Source: the human T2T-CHM13v2.0 reference genome, Homo sapiens. Taken from it: DNA of 64,000 bases. The translations under genes were made by a program, and so were the position numbers. This document shows, piece by piece, positions 1-14,825 of this stretch. The notes under the pieces were generated by a model. It was not told where the DNA came from and made no database searches. It was given only the letters and a program-made list of their open reading frames with translations. The stretch lies in assembly GCF_009914755.1 (NCBI RefSeq), contig NC_060933.1. One strand, given 5' to 3'. Position 1 is the first letter of the stretch; every line of letters begins with the position of its first letter.

Positions 1-1730
1 CATTCCATTCCATTCCATTCCCCTGCAGTCGGGTTGATTCCATTCCATTCCATTCCATTCCATTCCATTCCATTCCATTCCGTTCCGTTCCGTTCCATTC
101 CATTCCATTCCATTCTATTCGGGTTAATTCCATTCCATTCCATTCCATTCCATTCCATTCCAATCGAGTTGATTCCATTCCATTCCATTCCATTCCATTC
201 CACTCCATTCCAGTCCTTTCCATTCCATTCCACTCGGGTTGATTCCAATGTATTCCTTTCCATTCCATTCCATTCCATTGCAATCGAGTTGATTCCATTG
301 CTTTGCATTCCATTTCATTCCATTCCATTCCGGATGATTCCATTCCATTGCATTCCATTCCATTCCATTCCCCTGCACTCGGGTTGATTCCGTTCCATTC
401 CACTCCATTCCGTTCCATTCCATTCCATTCCATTGTATTCGAGTTAATTCCATTCCATTCCATTCCATTCCATTCCATTCCATTCCATTCCATTACAATC
501 GAGTTGATTCCATTCCATTCCATTCCATTCCATTCCAGTCCTTTCCATTCCATTCCACTCGGGTTGATTCCATTCTATTAGTTTCCATTCCATTCCATTC
601 CCTTCCATTCCACTCTGGTTGATTCCATTCCTTTCCATTCCACTCGAATACATTCCCTCCTATTCCACTCGGAACGATTCCATTCCATTCCATTCCATTC
701 CATTCCATTCCATTCCATTCCATTTCGTTCCATTCCATTCTATTCCGTATCATTCCATTCCATTCCATTTCATTCCATTCCATTCCATTCCATTCCACTC
801 GTGTTGATTCCATTCCTTTCCATTCCATTCGGTTTGAAGGCATTCCATTCCATTCCATTCCATTCCATTCCATTCCATTCCATCCCATTCCATTCTATTC
901 CATTGTACTCGGGTTGATTGCATTCCATTGCATTCCATTCCATTCCATTCCGTTGCATTCCATTCCATTACATTCGGATTGATTCTATTCAACTCCCTTA
1001 CTCTCCGTTACGTTCCATTCCATTCGGGTTGTTCCATTCCATTCCATTCCATTCCACTCCATTCCATTGCACTCGGGTTGATTCCATTCCATTCCATTCC
1101 ATTCCATTCCATTCCATTCCGGATGATTCCATTCCATTACATTCCGTTCCATTACATTCCCCTGCACTCGCGTTGATTCCATTCCATTGCATTCCATTCC
1201 ATTCCATTCCATTCCGTTCCGTTCCGTTCCATTCCATTCCTTTGCATTCCATTCCATTCCGTTCCGTTCCATTCCATTCCATTCCCTTCTATTCGGGTTA
1301 ATTCCATTCCATTCCATTCGATTGCAATCGAGTTGATTCCATTCCATTCCATTCCATTCCATTCCATTCCTTTGCATTCCATTCCTTTCCATTCCATTAC
1401 GGATGATTCCATTCCATTGCATTCCATTCCATTACATTCCTCTGCACTCGCGTTGATTCCATTCCATTCCATTCCATTCCATTCAATTCCATTCTATTAC
1501 AATTCATTCCATTCCATTCTATTCCGTACCATTCCATTCCATTCCATACCATTCCATTCCATTCCATTCCATTCCATTCCATTCCATTCCATTCCGTTCC
1601 ATTCCGTTCCATTCCATTCCATTCCATTCGGGTTAATTCCATTCCATTCCATTCCATTCCATTCTATTCCATTCCATTGCAATCGAGTTGAATCCATTGC
1701 ATTTCATTCCATTCCATTCCATTCCATTCC

Positions 1731-4700
1731 ATTCCAGAAGATTCCATTCCATTGCATTCCATTCCATTCAATTCCATTCCGTTCCATTCCATTCCATTCC
1801 ATTACATTCGGATTGATTCTATTCAACTCCCTTACACTCCATTACATTCCATTCCATTCGGGTTGTTGCATTCCATTCCATTCCATTCCACTCGGGTTGA
1901 TTCCATTCGATTCCATTCCATTCCATTTCGGAAGATTCCATTCCATTGCATTCCATTACTTTCCATTCCCCTGCACTCGCGTTGATTCCATTCCATTCCA
2001 TTCCATTCCATTCCATTCCATTCCATTCCATTCCGTTCCTTTCCATTACATTCCATTCCATTCCATTCCATTCCGTTCCGTTCCATTCCATTCCATTCCA
2101 TTCTATTCGGGTTAATTCCATTCCATTCCATTCCATTCCGGAAGATTCCATTCCATTGCATTCCATTCCATTCTATTCCCCTGCACTCGCGTTGATTCCA
2201 TTCCATTCCATTCCATTCCATTCCATTCCTTTCCGTTCCATTCCATTGCATTCCATTCCATTCCGTTCTGTTCCCTTCCGTTCCGTTCCATTCCATTCCA
2301 TTCCATTCTATTCGGGTTAATTCCATTCCATTCCATTCGACTGCAATCGAGTTGATTCCATTCCATTCCATTCCATTCCATTCCATTCCATTGCATTCCA
2401 TTCCTTTCCATTCCATTACGGATGATTCCATTCCATTGCATTCCATTCCATTCCATTCCCCTGTACTCGGGTTGATTCCATTCCATTCCATTCCAATCCA
2501 TGCCATTCCACTCGTGTTGATTCCATTCTTTCCATTCCATTCAAGTTGAATCCATTCCATTGCATTCCATTCAATTCCATTCCACTGCAGTCGGGTTGAT
2601 TCCATTCCATTCTATTCCATTCCATTCTATTCCGTTCCGTTCCGTTCCGTTCCGTTCCATTCCATTCCATTCCACTGCAATCTATTCGGGTTAATTCCAT
2701 TCCATTCCATTCCATTCCATTCCATTTCAATCGAGTTGATTCCATTCCATTCCATTCCATTCCATTCCACTCCATTCCAGTCCTTTCCATTCCATTCCAC
2801 TCGGGTTGATTCCAATGTATTCCTTTCCATTCCATTCCATTCCATTGCAATCGAGTTGATTCCATTGCTTTGCATTCCATTCCATTCCATTCCATTCCGG
2901 ATGATTCCATTCCATTGCATTTCATTCCATTCCATTCCCCTGCACTCGGGTTGATTCCATTCCATTCCACTCCATTCCGTTCCATTCCATTGCATTCCAT
3001 TGTAATCGGGTTAATTCCATTCCATTCCATTCCATTCCATTCCATTCCATTCCATTCCATCACAATCGAGTTGATTCCATTCCATTCCATTCCATTCCAT
3101 TCCATTCCATTCCATTCCGGATGATTCCATTGCATTACATTCCGTTCCATTACATTCCCCTGCACTCGGGTTGATTCCATTCCATTCCATTCCATTCGAT
3201 TCCATTCCATTCCAATTCTTTCCATTCCATTCTCTTCCGTACAATTCCATTCAATTCCATACCATTCCATTCCATTCCATTCCATTCCGTTCCGTTCCGT
3301 TCCGTTCCATTCCATTCCATTCCATTTTATTCGGGTTAATTCCATTCCATTCCATTCCATTCCATTCTATTCCATTCCATTGCAAACGAGTTGAATCCAT
3401 TGCATTCCATTCCATTCCATTCCGGAAGATTCCATTCCATTGCATTCCATTCCATTCCATTCCCCTGCACTCGCGTTGATTCCATTCCATTCCATTCCAT
3501 TCCATTCCATTCCATTCCATTCCGTTCCGTTCCGTTCCATTCGATTCCATTCCATTCCGTTCCGTTCCGTTCCGTTCCATTCCATTCCATTCTATTCGGG
3601 TTAATTCCATTCCATTCCATTCGATTGCAATCGAGTTGATTCCATTCCATTCTATTCCATTCCATTCCATTCCTTTATATTCCATTACGGATGATTCCAT
3701 TCCATTGCATTCCATTCCATTCCATTCCCCTGTACTCGCGTTGATTCCATTCCTTTGCATTCCAATCCATGCCCTTCCACTCGTGTTGATTCCATTCTTT
3801 CCATTCCATTCAAGTTGAATCTATTCCATTGCATTCCATTCCATTCGATTCCATTTGATTGCACTCGGGTTGATTCCATTCCATTGCATTCCATTCCATT
3901 CCATTCCATTCCATTCCATTCCATTTCGTTCCATTCCATTCCATTACATTCGGATTGATTCTATTCAATTCCCTTACACTCCATTACATTCCATTCCATT
4001 CGGGTAGTTTCCATTCCATTCCATTCCATTCCTCTCCATTCCATTGCACTCGGGTTGATTCCATTCCATTGCATTCCATTCCATTCCATTCCATTCCATT
4101 CCGTTCCATTCCATTCCATTACATTCGGATTGACTCTATTCAACTCCCTTACTCTCCATTACATTCCATTGCATTCGGCTTGTTCCATTCCATTCCATTC
4201 CATTCCACTCCATTCCATTGCACTCAGGTTTATTCCATTCCATTCCATTCCATTCCATTCCATTCCGGAAGATTCCATTCCATTGCATTCCATTCCATTC
4301 CATTCCCCAGCACTCGCGTTGATTCCATTTCATTCCATTCCATTCCATTCCATTCCATTCCATTCCATTCCTTTCCGTTCCATTCCATTCCATTCCATTC
4401 CGTTCCGTTCCATTCCATTCCATTCCATTCTATTCGGGTTAATTCCATTCCATTCCATTCGATTGCAATCGATTTGATTCCATTCCATTCCATTCCATTC
4501 CATTCCATTCCGGATGATTCCATTCCATTGCATTCCCTTCCATTCCATTCCCCTGCAGTCGGGTTGATTCCATTCCATTCCATTCCATTCCATTCCATTC
4601 CGTTCCGTTCCGTTCCATTCCATTCCATTCCATTCTATTCGGGTTAATTCCATTCCATTCCATTCCATTCCATTCCATTCCAATCGAGTTGATTCCATTC

Positions 4701-7700
4701 CATTCCATTCCATTCCATTCCACTCCATTCCAGTCATTTCCATTCCATTCCACTCGGATTGATTCCAATGTATTCCTTTCCATTCCATTCCATTCCATTG
4801 CAATCGAGTTGATTCCATTGCTTTGCATTCCATTCCATTCCATTCCATTCCGGATGATTCCATTCCATTGCATTCTATTCCATTCCATTCCCCTGTACTC
4901 GGGTTGATTCCATTCCATTCCACTCCATTCCGTTCCATTCCATTCCATTCCATTGTATTCGGGTTAATTCCATTCCATTCCATTCCATTCCATTCCATTC
5001 CATTCCATTCCATTACAATCGAGTTGATTCCATTCCATTCCATTCCATTCCATTCCATTCCAGTCCTTTCCATTCCATTCCACTCGGGTTGATTCCATTC
5101 TATTAGTTTCCATTCCATTCCATTCCCTTCCATTCCACTCTGGTTGATTCCATTCCTTTCCATTCCACTCGAATACATTCCCTCCTATTCCACTCGGAAC
5201 GATTCCATTCCATTCCATTCCATTCCATTCCATTCCATTCCATTCCATTCCATTCCATTTCGTTCCATTCCATTCTATTCCGTATCATTCCATTCCATTC
5301 CGTTCCATTCCATTCCATTCCATTCCACTCGTGTTGATTCCATTCCTTTCCATTCCATTCGGTTTGAAGGCATTCCATTCCATTCCATTCCATTCCATTC
5401 CATTCCATTCCATTCCATTGTACTCGGGTTGATTCCATACCATTGCATTCCATTCCATTCCATTCCATTCCATTCCGTTGCATTCCATTCCATTACATTC
5501 GGATTGATTCTATTCAAATCCCTTACTCTCCATTACATTCCATTCCATACGGGTTGTTCCATTCCATTCCATTCCATTCCACTCCATTCCATTGCACTAT
5601 GGTTGATTCCATTCCATTCCATTCCATTCCATTCCGGATGATTCCATTCCATTGCATTCCATTCCATTACATTCCCCTGCACTCGTGTTCATTCCATTCC
5701 ATTCCATTCCATTCAATTCCATTCCATTACAATTCGTTGCATTCCATTCTATTCCGTACGATTCCATTCCATTCCATACCATTCCTTTCCATTCCATTCC
5801 ATTCCATTCCATTCCATTCCATTGCATTCCATTCCATTCCATTCCATTCCATTCCATTCCATTCCATTCCGTTCCGTTCCATTCCATTCCATTCCATTCT
5901 ATTCGGGTTAATTCCATTCCATTCCATTCGATTGCAATCGAGTTGATTCCATTCCATTCCATTCCATTCCATTCCATTCCTTTCCATTCCATTACGGATG
6001 ATTCCATTCCATTGCATTCCATTCCATTCCATTCCCCTGTACTCGGGTTGATTCCATTCACTTCCATTCCAATCCATGCCATTCCACTCGTGTTGATTCC
6101 ATTCTTTCCATTCCATTCAAGTTGAATCCATTCCATTGCATTCCATTCAATTTGATTCCATTCGATTGCACTCGGGTTGATTCCATTCCATTGCATTCCA
6201 TTCCATTCAATTCCATTCCATTCCATTCCATTCCATTCCATTCCATTCCATTCCATTCCATTACATTCGGATTGATTCTATTCAATTCCCTTACACTGCA
6301 TTACATTCCATTCCATTCGGGTAGTTTCCATTCCATTCCATTCCATTCCTCTCCATTCCATTGCACTCGGGTTGATTCCATTCCATTGCATTCCATTCCA
6401 TTCCATTCAATTCCATTCCGTTCCATTCAATTCCATTACATTCGGATTGATTCTATTCAACTCCCTTACTCTCCATTCCATTCCATTCCATTCAGGTTGT
6501 TCCATTCCATTCCATTCCATTCCACTCCATTCCATTGCACTCGGATTGATTCCATTCCATTCCATTCCATTCCATTCCATTCCATTCCATTCCATTCCAT
6601 TACAATCGAGTTGATTCCATTCCATTCCATTCCATTCCAGTCCTTTCCATTCCATTCCACTCGGGTTGATTCCATTCTATTAGTTTCCATTTCATTCCAT
6701 TGCCTTCCATTCCACTCTGGTTGATTCCATTCCTTTCCATTCCACTCGAATAAATTCCCTCCTATTCCACTCGGAACGATTCCATTCCATTCCATTCCAT
6801 TCCATTCCATTCCATTCCATTCCATTTCGTTCCATTCCATTCTATTCCGTATCATTCCATTCCATTCCATTCCATTCCATTCCATTCCATTCCATTCCAT
6901 TCCATTCCGTTCCATTGTACTCGGGTTGATTCCATTCCATTGCATTCCATTCCATTCCATTCCATTCCATTCCATTCCATTCCATTCCATTCCGTTCCAT
7001 TCCATTACATTCGGATTGATTCTTTTCAACTCCCTTACTCTCCATTACATTCCATTCCATTCGGATTGTTCCATTCAATTCCATTCCATTCCACTCCATT
7101 CCATGGCACTCGGGTTGATTCCATTCCATTCCATTGCATTCCATTCCGGATGATTCCATTCCATTGCATTCCGTTCCATTACATTCCCCTGCACTCGGGT
7201 TGATTAAATTCCATTCCATTCCATTCCATTCCATTCCATTCCATTCCCCTGCACTCGCGTTGATTCCATTCCATTCCATTCCATTCCATTCAATTCCATT
7301 CCTTTCCATTCCAGTCCTTTCCATTCCATTACACTCGGGTTGATTCCATTCTATTAGTTTCCATTCCATTCCATTCCCTTCCATTCCACTCTGGTTGATT
7401 CCATTCCTTTCCAATCCACTCGAATACATTCCCTCCTATTCTACTCGGAACGATTCCATTCCATTCCATTCCATTCCATTCCATTCCATTCCATTCCATT
7501 CCATTTCGTTCCATTCCATTCTATTCCATATCATTCCATTCCATTCCATTCCATTCCATTCCACTCGTGTTGATTTCATTCCTTTCCATTCCATTCGGTT
7601 TGAAGGCATTCCATTCCATTCCATTCCATTCCATTCCAGTCCATTCCATTCCATTGTACTCGGGTTGATTCCATTCCATTGCATTCCATTCCATTCCATT

Positions 7701-10700
7701 CCATTCCATTCCATTCCATTCCGTTGCATTCCATTCCATTTCATTCGGATTGATTCTATTCAACTCCCTTACTCTCCATTACATTCCATTCCATTCGGGT
7801 TGTTCCATTCCATTCCATTCCATTCCACTCCATTCCATTGCACTCGGATTGATTCCATTCCATTCCATTCCATTCCATTCCATTCCATTCCGGATGATTC
7901 CATTCCATTGCATTCCGTTCCATTACATTCCCCTGCACTCGGGTTGATTCCATTCCATTCCATTCCATTCCATTCCATTCGATTCCATTCCATTCCAATT
8001 CTTTCCATTCCATTCTATTCCGTACCATTCCATTCCATTGCATACAATTCCATTCCATTCCATTCCAGTCCGTTCCGTTCCGTTCCGTTCCATTCCGTTC
8101 CATTCCATTCCATTCCATTCTATTCGGTTTAATTCCATTCCATTCCATTCCATTCCATTCCATTCTATTCCATTCCATTGCAATCGATTTGAATCCATTG
8201 GATTCCATTCCATTCCATTCCATTCCATTCCGGAAGATTCCATTCCATTGCATTCCAATCCATTCCATTCCATTCCATTCCATTCCATTCCATTCCATTC
8301 CATTCCATTCCATTCCATTGTACTCGGGTTTATTCCATTCCATTGCATTCCATTCCATTCCATTCCATTCCATTCCATTCCGTTCCATTCCATTCCATTA
8401 CATTCGGATTGATTCTTTTCAACTCCCTTACTCTCCGTTAAATTCCATTCTATTCGGGTTGTTCCATTCCATTCCATTCCATTCCACTCCATTCCATTGC
8501 ACTCGGGTTGATTCCATTCCATTCCATTCCATTCCATTCCGGATGATTCCATTCCATTGCATTCCGTTCCATTACATTCCCCTGCACTCGGGTTGATTCC
8601 ATTCCATTCCATTCCATTCCATTCGATTCCATTCCATTCCCCTGCACTCGCGTTGATTCCATTCCATTCCATTCTATTCCATTCCGTTCCGTTCCGTTCC
8701 ATTCCATTCCATTCCATTCCATTCCATTCCATTCCGTTCCGTTCCATTCCATTCCATTCCATTCTATTCGGGTTAATTCCATTCCATTCCATTCGATTGC
8801 AATCGAGTTGATTCCATTCCATTCCATTCCATTCCATTCCATTCCATTCCATTCCATTCCATTCCATTCCTTTCCATTCCATTACGGTTGATTCCATTCC
8901 ATTGCATTCCATTCCATTCCATTCCCCTGTACTCGGGTTGATTCCATTCCATTCCATTCCAATCCATGCCATTCCACTCGTGTTGATTCCATTCTTTCCA
9001 TTCCATTCAAGTTGAATCCATTCCATTGCATTCCATTCCATTCGATTCCATTTGATTGCACTCGGGTTGATTCCATTCCATTGCATTCCATTCCATTCCA
9101 TTCCATTCCATTCCATTCCGTTCCATTCCATTCCATTACATTCGGATTGATTCTATTCAATTCCCTTACACTCCATTACATTCCATTCGGGTAGTTTCCA
9201 TTGCATTCCATTCCATTCCTCTCTATTCCATTGCACTCGGGTTGATTCCATTCCATTGCAGTCCATTCCATTCCATTCAATTCCATTCCTTTCCATTCCA
9301 TTCCATTACATTCGGATTGATTCTATTCAACTCCCTTACCCTCCATTACATTCCATTCCATTCGGGTTGTTCCATTCCATTCCATTCCATTCCACTCCAT
9401 TCCATTGCACTCGGGTTGATTCCATTCCATTGCATTCCATTCCATTCCATTCCCATGCACTCGGGTTTATTCCATTCCATTCCATTCCATTCCATTCCAT
9501 TCCATTCCATTCCGGAAGATTCCATTCCATTGCATTCCATTCCATTCCATTCCCCTGCACTCGCGTTGATTCCATTCCATTCCATTCCATTCGATTCCAT
9601 TCCATTCCTTTCCGTTCCATTCCATTCCATTCCATTCCATTCCAATCCATTCCATTCCGTTCCGTTCCGTTCCATTCCATTCCATTCCATTCTGTTCGGG
9701 TTAATTCCATTCCATTCCGTTCGATTGCAATCGAGTTGATTCCATTCCATTCCATTCCACTCCATTCCATTCCTTTCCATTCCATTACGGATGATTCCAT
9801 TCCATTGCATTCCATTCCATTCCATCCTCCTGTACTCGGGTTGATTCCATTTCATTCCATTCCAATCCATGCCATTCCACTCGTGTTGATTCCATTCTTT
9901 CCATGTCATTCAAGTTGAATCCATTCCTTTGCATTCCATTCCATTCCATTCCACTGCAGTCGGGTTGTTTCCATTGCATTCCATTCCATTCCCCTGCTGT
10001 CGGGTTGTTTCCATTCCATTCCATTCCATTCCGTTCCGTTCCATTCCATTCCATTCCATTCTATTCGGGTTAATTCCATTCCATTCCATTCCATTCCATT
10101 CCATTCCATTCCATTCCATTCCAATCGAGTTGATTCCATTCCATTCCATTCCATTCCATTCCACTCCATTCCAGTCCTTTCCATTCCATTCCACTCGGGT
10201 TGATTCCAATGTATTCCTTTCCATTCCATTCCATTCCATTGCAATCGAGTTGATTCCATTGCTTTGCATTCCATTCCATTCCATTCCATTCCGGATGATT
10301 CCATTCCATTTCATTCCATTCCTTTCCATTCCATTCCGTTGCATTCCATTTCATTACATTCAGATTGATTCTATTCAATTCCCTAACACTCCGTTATATT
10401 CCAATCCATACTGGTTGTTTCCATTCCATTCCATTCCATTTCACTCCATTCCATTGCACTCGGGTTGATTCCATTCCATTCCATTCCATTGCATTCCATT
10501 CCATTCCATTCCGGATGATTCCATTCCATTGCATTCCTTTCCATTCCATTCCCCTGCACTCGGGTTGATTCCATTCCATTCCATTCCATTACATTCCGTT
10601 CAATTCCATTCCATTCCATTCGGATTGATTCTATTCAATTCCCTTACACTCCATTACATTCCATTCCATTCGGGTAGGTTCCATTCCATTCCATTCCATT

Positions 10701-13700
10701 CCTCTCCATTCTATTGCACTTGGGTTGATTCCATTCCATTCCATTCCATTCCATTCCATTCCATGCCATTCCATTCCATTCCATTCCGTTCCATTGTACT
10801 CGGGTTGATTCCATTCCATTGCATTCCATTCCATTCCATTCCATTCCATTCCATTCCATTCCTTTCCGTTCCATTCCATTACATTCGGATTGATTCTATT
10901 CAACTCCCTAACTCTCAATTACATTCCATTCCATTCGGGTTGTTCCATTCCATTCCATTCCATTCCACTCCATTCCATTGCACTCGGGTTGATTCCATTC
11001 CATTCCATTCCATTCAATTCCATTCCATTCCATTCCGGATGATTCCATTCCATTGCATTCCGTTCCATTACATTCCCCTGCACTCGGGTTGATTCCATTA
11101 CATTCCACTCCATTCCATTCGATTCCATTCCATTCCAATTCTTTCCATTCCATTCTATTCCGTAACATTCCATTCCATTCCATACAATTCCATTCCATTC
11201 CATTCCACTCCGTTCCGTTCCGTTCCGTTCCGTTCCAATCCATTCCATTCCATTCTATTCGGTTTAATTCCATTCCATTCCATTCTATTCCATTCCATTG
11301 CAATCGAGTTGAGTCCATTGCATTCCATTCCATTCCATTCCATTCCATTCCATTCCAGAAGATTCCATTCCATTGCATTCCATTCCATTCTATTCCATTC
11401 GATTCCATTCCATTCCATTGTACTCGGGTTGATTCCATTGCATTGCATTCCATTCCATTCCATTCCATTCCATTCCATTCCGTTGCATTCCATTCCATTA
11501 CATTCGGATTGATTCTTTTCAACTCCCTTACTCTCCATTACATTCCATTGCATTCGGGTTGTTCCATTCCATTCCTTTCCATTCCACTCCATTCCATTGC
11601 ACTCGGGTTGATTCCATTCCATTCCATTCCATTCAATTCCGGAAGATTCCATTCCATTGCATTCCGTTCCATTACATTCCCCTGCACTCGGGTTGATTCC
11701 ATTCCGTTCCATTCCATTCCATTCCATTCCATTCCCCTGCACTCGCGATGATTCCATTCCATTCCATTCCATTCCATTCCATTCCATTCGTTTCCTTTCC
11801 AGTCCTTTCCATTCCATTCCACTCGGGTTGATTCCATTCTATTAGTTTCCATTCCATTCCATTACCTTCCAATCCACTCTGGTTGATTCCATTCCTTTCC
11901 ATTCCACTCGAATACATTCCCTCCTATTCCACTCGGAACGATTCCATTCCATTCCATTCCATTCCATTCCATTCCATTCCATTCCATTCCATTCCATTCC
12001 ATTTCGTTGCATTCCATTCTATTCCGTATCATCATTCCATTCCATTCCATTCCATTCCATTCCATTCCATTCCACTCGTGTTGATTCCATTCCTTTCCAT
12101 TCCATTCGGTTTGAAGGCATTCCATTCCATTCCATTGCATTCCATTCCATTCCATTCCATTCCATTCCATTCCATTCCATTCCTTTCCATTCCATAACGG
12201 ATGATTCCATTCCATTGCATTCCATTCCATTCCATTCCCCTGTACTCGGGTTGATTCCATTCCATTCCATTCCAATCCATGCCATTCCACTCGTGTTGAT
12301 TCCATTCTTTCCATTCCATTCAAGTTGAATCTATTCCATTGCCTTCCATTCCATTCCATTCCCCTGCAGTCGGGTTGATTCCATTCCATTCCATTCCATT
12401 CCATTCCATTCCATTCCATTCCATTCCGTTCCTTTCCATTCCATTCCATTCCATTCTATTCGGGTTAATTCCATTCCATTCCATTCCATTGCATTCCAAT
12501 CGAGTTGATTCCATTCCATTCCATTCCATTCCATTCCACTCCATTCCAGTCCTTTCCATTCCATTCCACTCGGGTTGATTCCAATGTATTCCTTTCCATT
12601 CCATTCCATTCCATTGCAATCGAGTTGATTACATTGCTTTGCATTCCATTCCATTCCATTCCATTCCGGATGATTCCATTCCATTGCATTACATTCCATT
12701 CCATTCCCCTGCACTCGGGTTGATTCCATTCCATTCCATTCCATTCCATTCCATTCCATTCCATTCCATTCCATTCCATTTCGTTCCATTCCATTCTATT
12801 CCGTATCATTCCATTCCATTCCATTCCATTCCATTCCATTCCATTCCATTCCATTCCATTGTACTCGGGTTGATTCAATTCCATTGCATTCCATTCCATT
12901 CCATTCCATTGCATTCCGTTGCATTCCATTCCATTACTTTCGGATTGATTCTATTCAACTCCCTTACTCTCCATTACATTCCATTCCATTCTGGTTGTTC
13001 CATTCCATTCCATTCCATTCCACTCCATTGCATTGCACTCGGGTTGATTCCATTCCATTCCATTCCATTCCATTCCATTCCGGATGATTCCATTCCATTG
13101 CATTCCTTTGCATTACATTCCCCTGCACTCGCGTTGATTCCATTGCATTCCATTCCATTCCATTCAATTCCATTCCATTTCAATTCGTTCCATTCCATTC
13201 TATTCCGTACCATTCCATTCCATTCCATACAATTCCATTCCATTCCATTCCATTCCATTCCGTTCCATTCCGTTCCATTGCATTCCATTCCATTCTATTC
13301 GGATTAATTCCATTCCATTCCATTCCATTCCATTCTATTCCATTCCATTGCAATCGAGTTGACTCCATTGCATTTCATTCCATTCCATTCCATTCCATTC
13401 CATTCCGGAAGATTCCATTCCATTGCATTCCATTCCATTCCATTCCCCTGCACTCGCGTTGATTCCATTCCATTCCATTCCATTCCGTTGCGTTCCATTC
13501 CATTCCATTCCATTCCATTCCATTCCGTTCCGTTCCATTCCATTCCATTCCATTCTATTCGGGTTAATTCCATTCCATTCCATTCGATTGCAATCGATTT
13601 GATTCCATTCCATTCCATTCCACTCCATTCCATTCCATTCCATTCCATTCCCCTGTACTCGGGTTGATTCCATTCCATTCCATTCCAATCCATGCCATTC

Positions 13701-14000
13701 CACTCGTGTTGTTTCCATTCTTTCCATTCCATTCAAGTTGAATCCATTCCATTGCATTCCATTCCATTCGATTCCATTCCATTGCACTCGGGTTTATTCC
13801 ATTCCATTCCATTCCATTCCATTCCATTCCATTCCATTCCATTCCCGAAAATTCCATTCCATTGCATTCCATTCCATTCCATTCCCCTGCACTCGCGTTG
13901 ATTCCATTCCATTCCATTCCATTCCATTCCATTCCATTCCATTCCTTTCCGTTCCATTCCATTCCATTCCATTCCATTCCATTCCATTCCGGAAAATTCC
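1731..14000. promoter_or_regulatory. Dispersed consensus heat-shock elements (nTTCnnGAAnnTTCn); sequence match only
   Basis: aTTCc[g/a]GAAgaTTCc at 1731, 2135, 3419, 4262, 8227, 9509, 11352, 11636 and 13402; aTTCccGAAaaTTCc at 13841; aTTCcgGAAaaTTCc at 13986. Binding is not demonstrated. Confidence 0.5.
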
Positions 14001-14624
14001 ATTCCATTGCATTCCATTCCATTCCATTCCCCTGCACTCCCGTTGATTCCATTCCATTCCATTCCATTCCATTCCATTCCATTCCATTCCACTCGTGTTG
14101 ATTCCATTCCTTTCCATTCTATTCGGTTTGAAGGCACTCCATTCCATTCCATTCCATTCCATTCCATTCCATTCCATTCCATTCCATTCCATTGTACTCG
14201 GGTTGATTCCATTCCATTGCATTCCATTCCATTCCATTCCATTCCATTCCCTTGCATTCCATTCCATTACATTCGGATTGATTCTATTCAAATCCCTTAC
14301 TCTCCATTACATTCCATTCCATACGGGTTGTTCCATTCCATTCCATTCCATTCCACTCCATTCCATTGCACTAGGGTTGATTCCATTCCATTCCATTCCA
14401 TTCCATTCCGGATGATTCCATTCCATTGCATTCCGTTCCATTACATTCCCCTGCACTCGCGTTCATTCCATTCCATTCCATTCCATTCAATTCCATTCCA
14501 TTACAATTCGCTGGATTCCATTCTATTCCGTACCATTCTATTCCATTCCATACCATTCCATTCCATTCCATTCCATTCCATTCCATTCCATTCCATTGCA
14601 TTCCATTCCATTCCATTCCATTCC

Positions 14625-14825
14625 ATTCCGTTCCGTTCCATTCCATTCCATTCCATTCTATTCGGGTTAATTCCATTCCATTCCATTCGATTGCAATCGA
14701 GTTGATTCCATTCCATTCCATTCCATTCCATTCCATTCCATTCCGTTCCGTTCCATTCCATTCCATTCCATTCTATTCGGGTTAATTCCATTCCATTCCA
14801 TTCGATTGCAATCGAGTTGATTCCA
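14625..14825 (+). repeat. 115-bp local tandem duplication
   Basis: The block CGTTCCGTTC...TATTCGGGTTAA...TCGATTGCAATCGAGTTG occurs twice. TTCGGGTTAA is at 14661 and 14776. Confidence 0.8.

Noticed and set aside
11090-11100. TGATTCCATTA, a loose DUX4-like site (also ~33758, 43773, 56725)
   Set aside because: Few copies, one substitution away from the ubiquitous TGATTCCATTC, and only a relaxed-consensus match.
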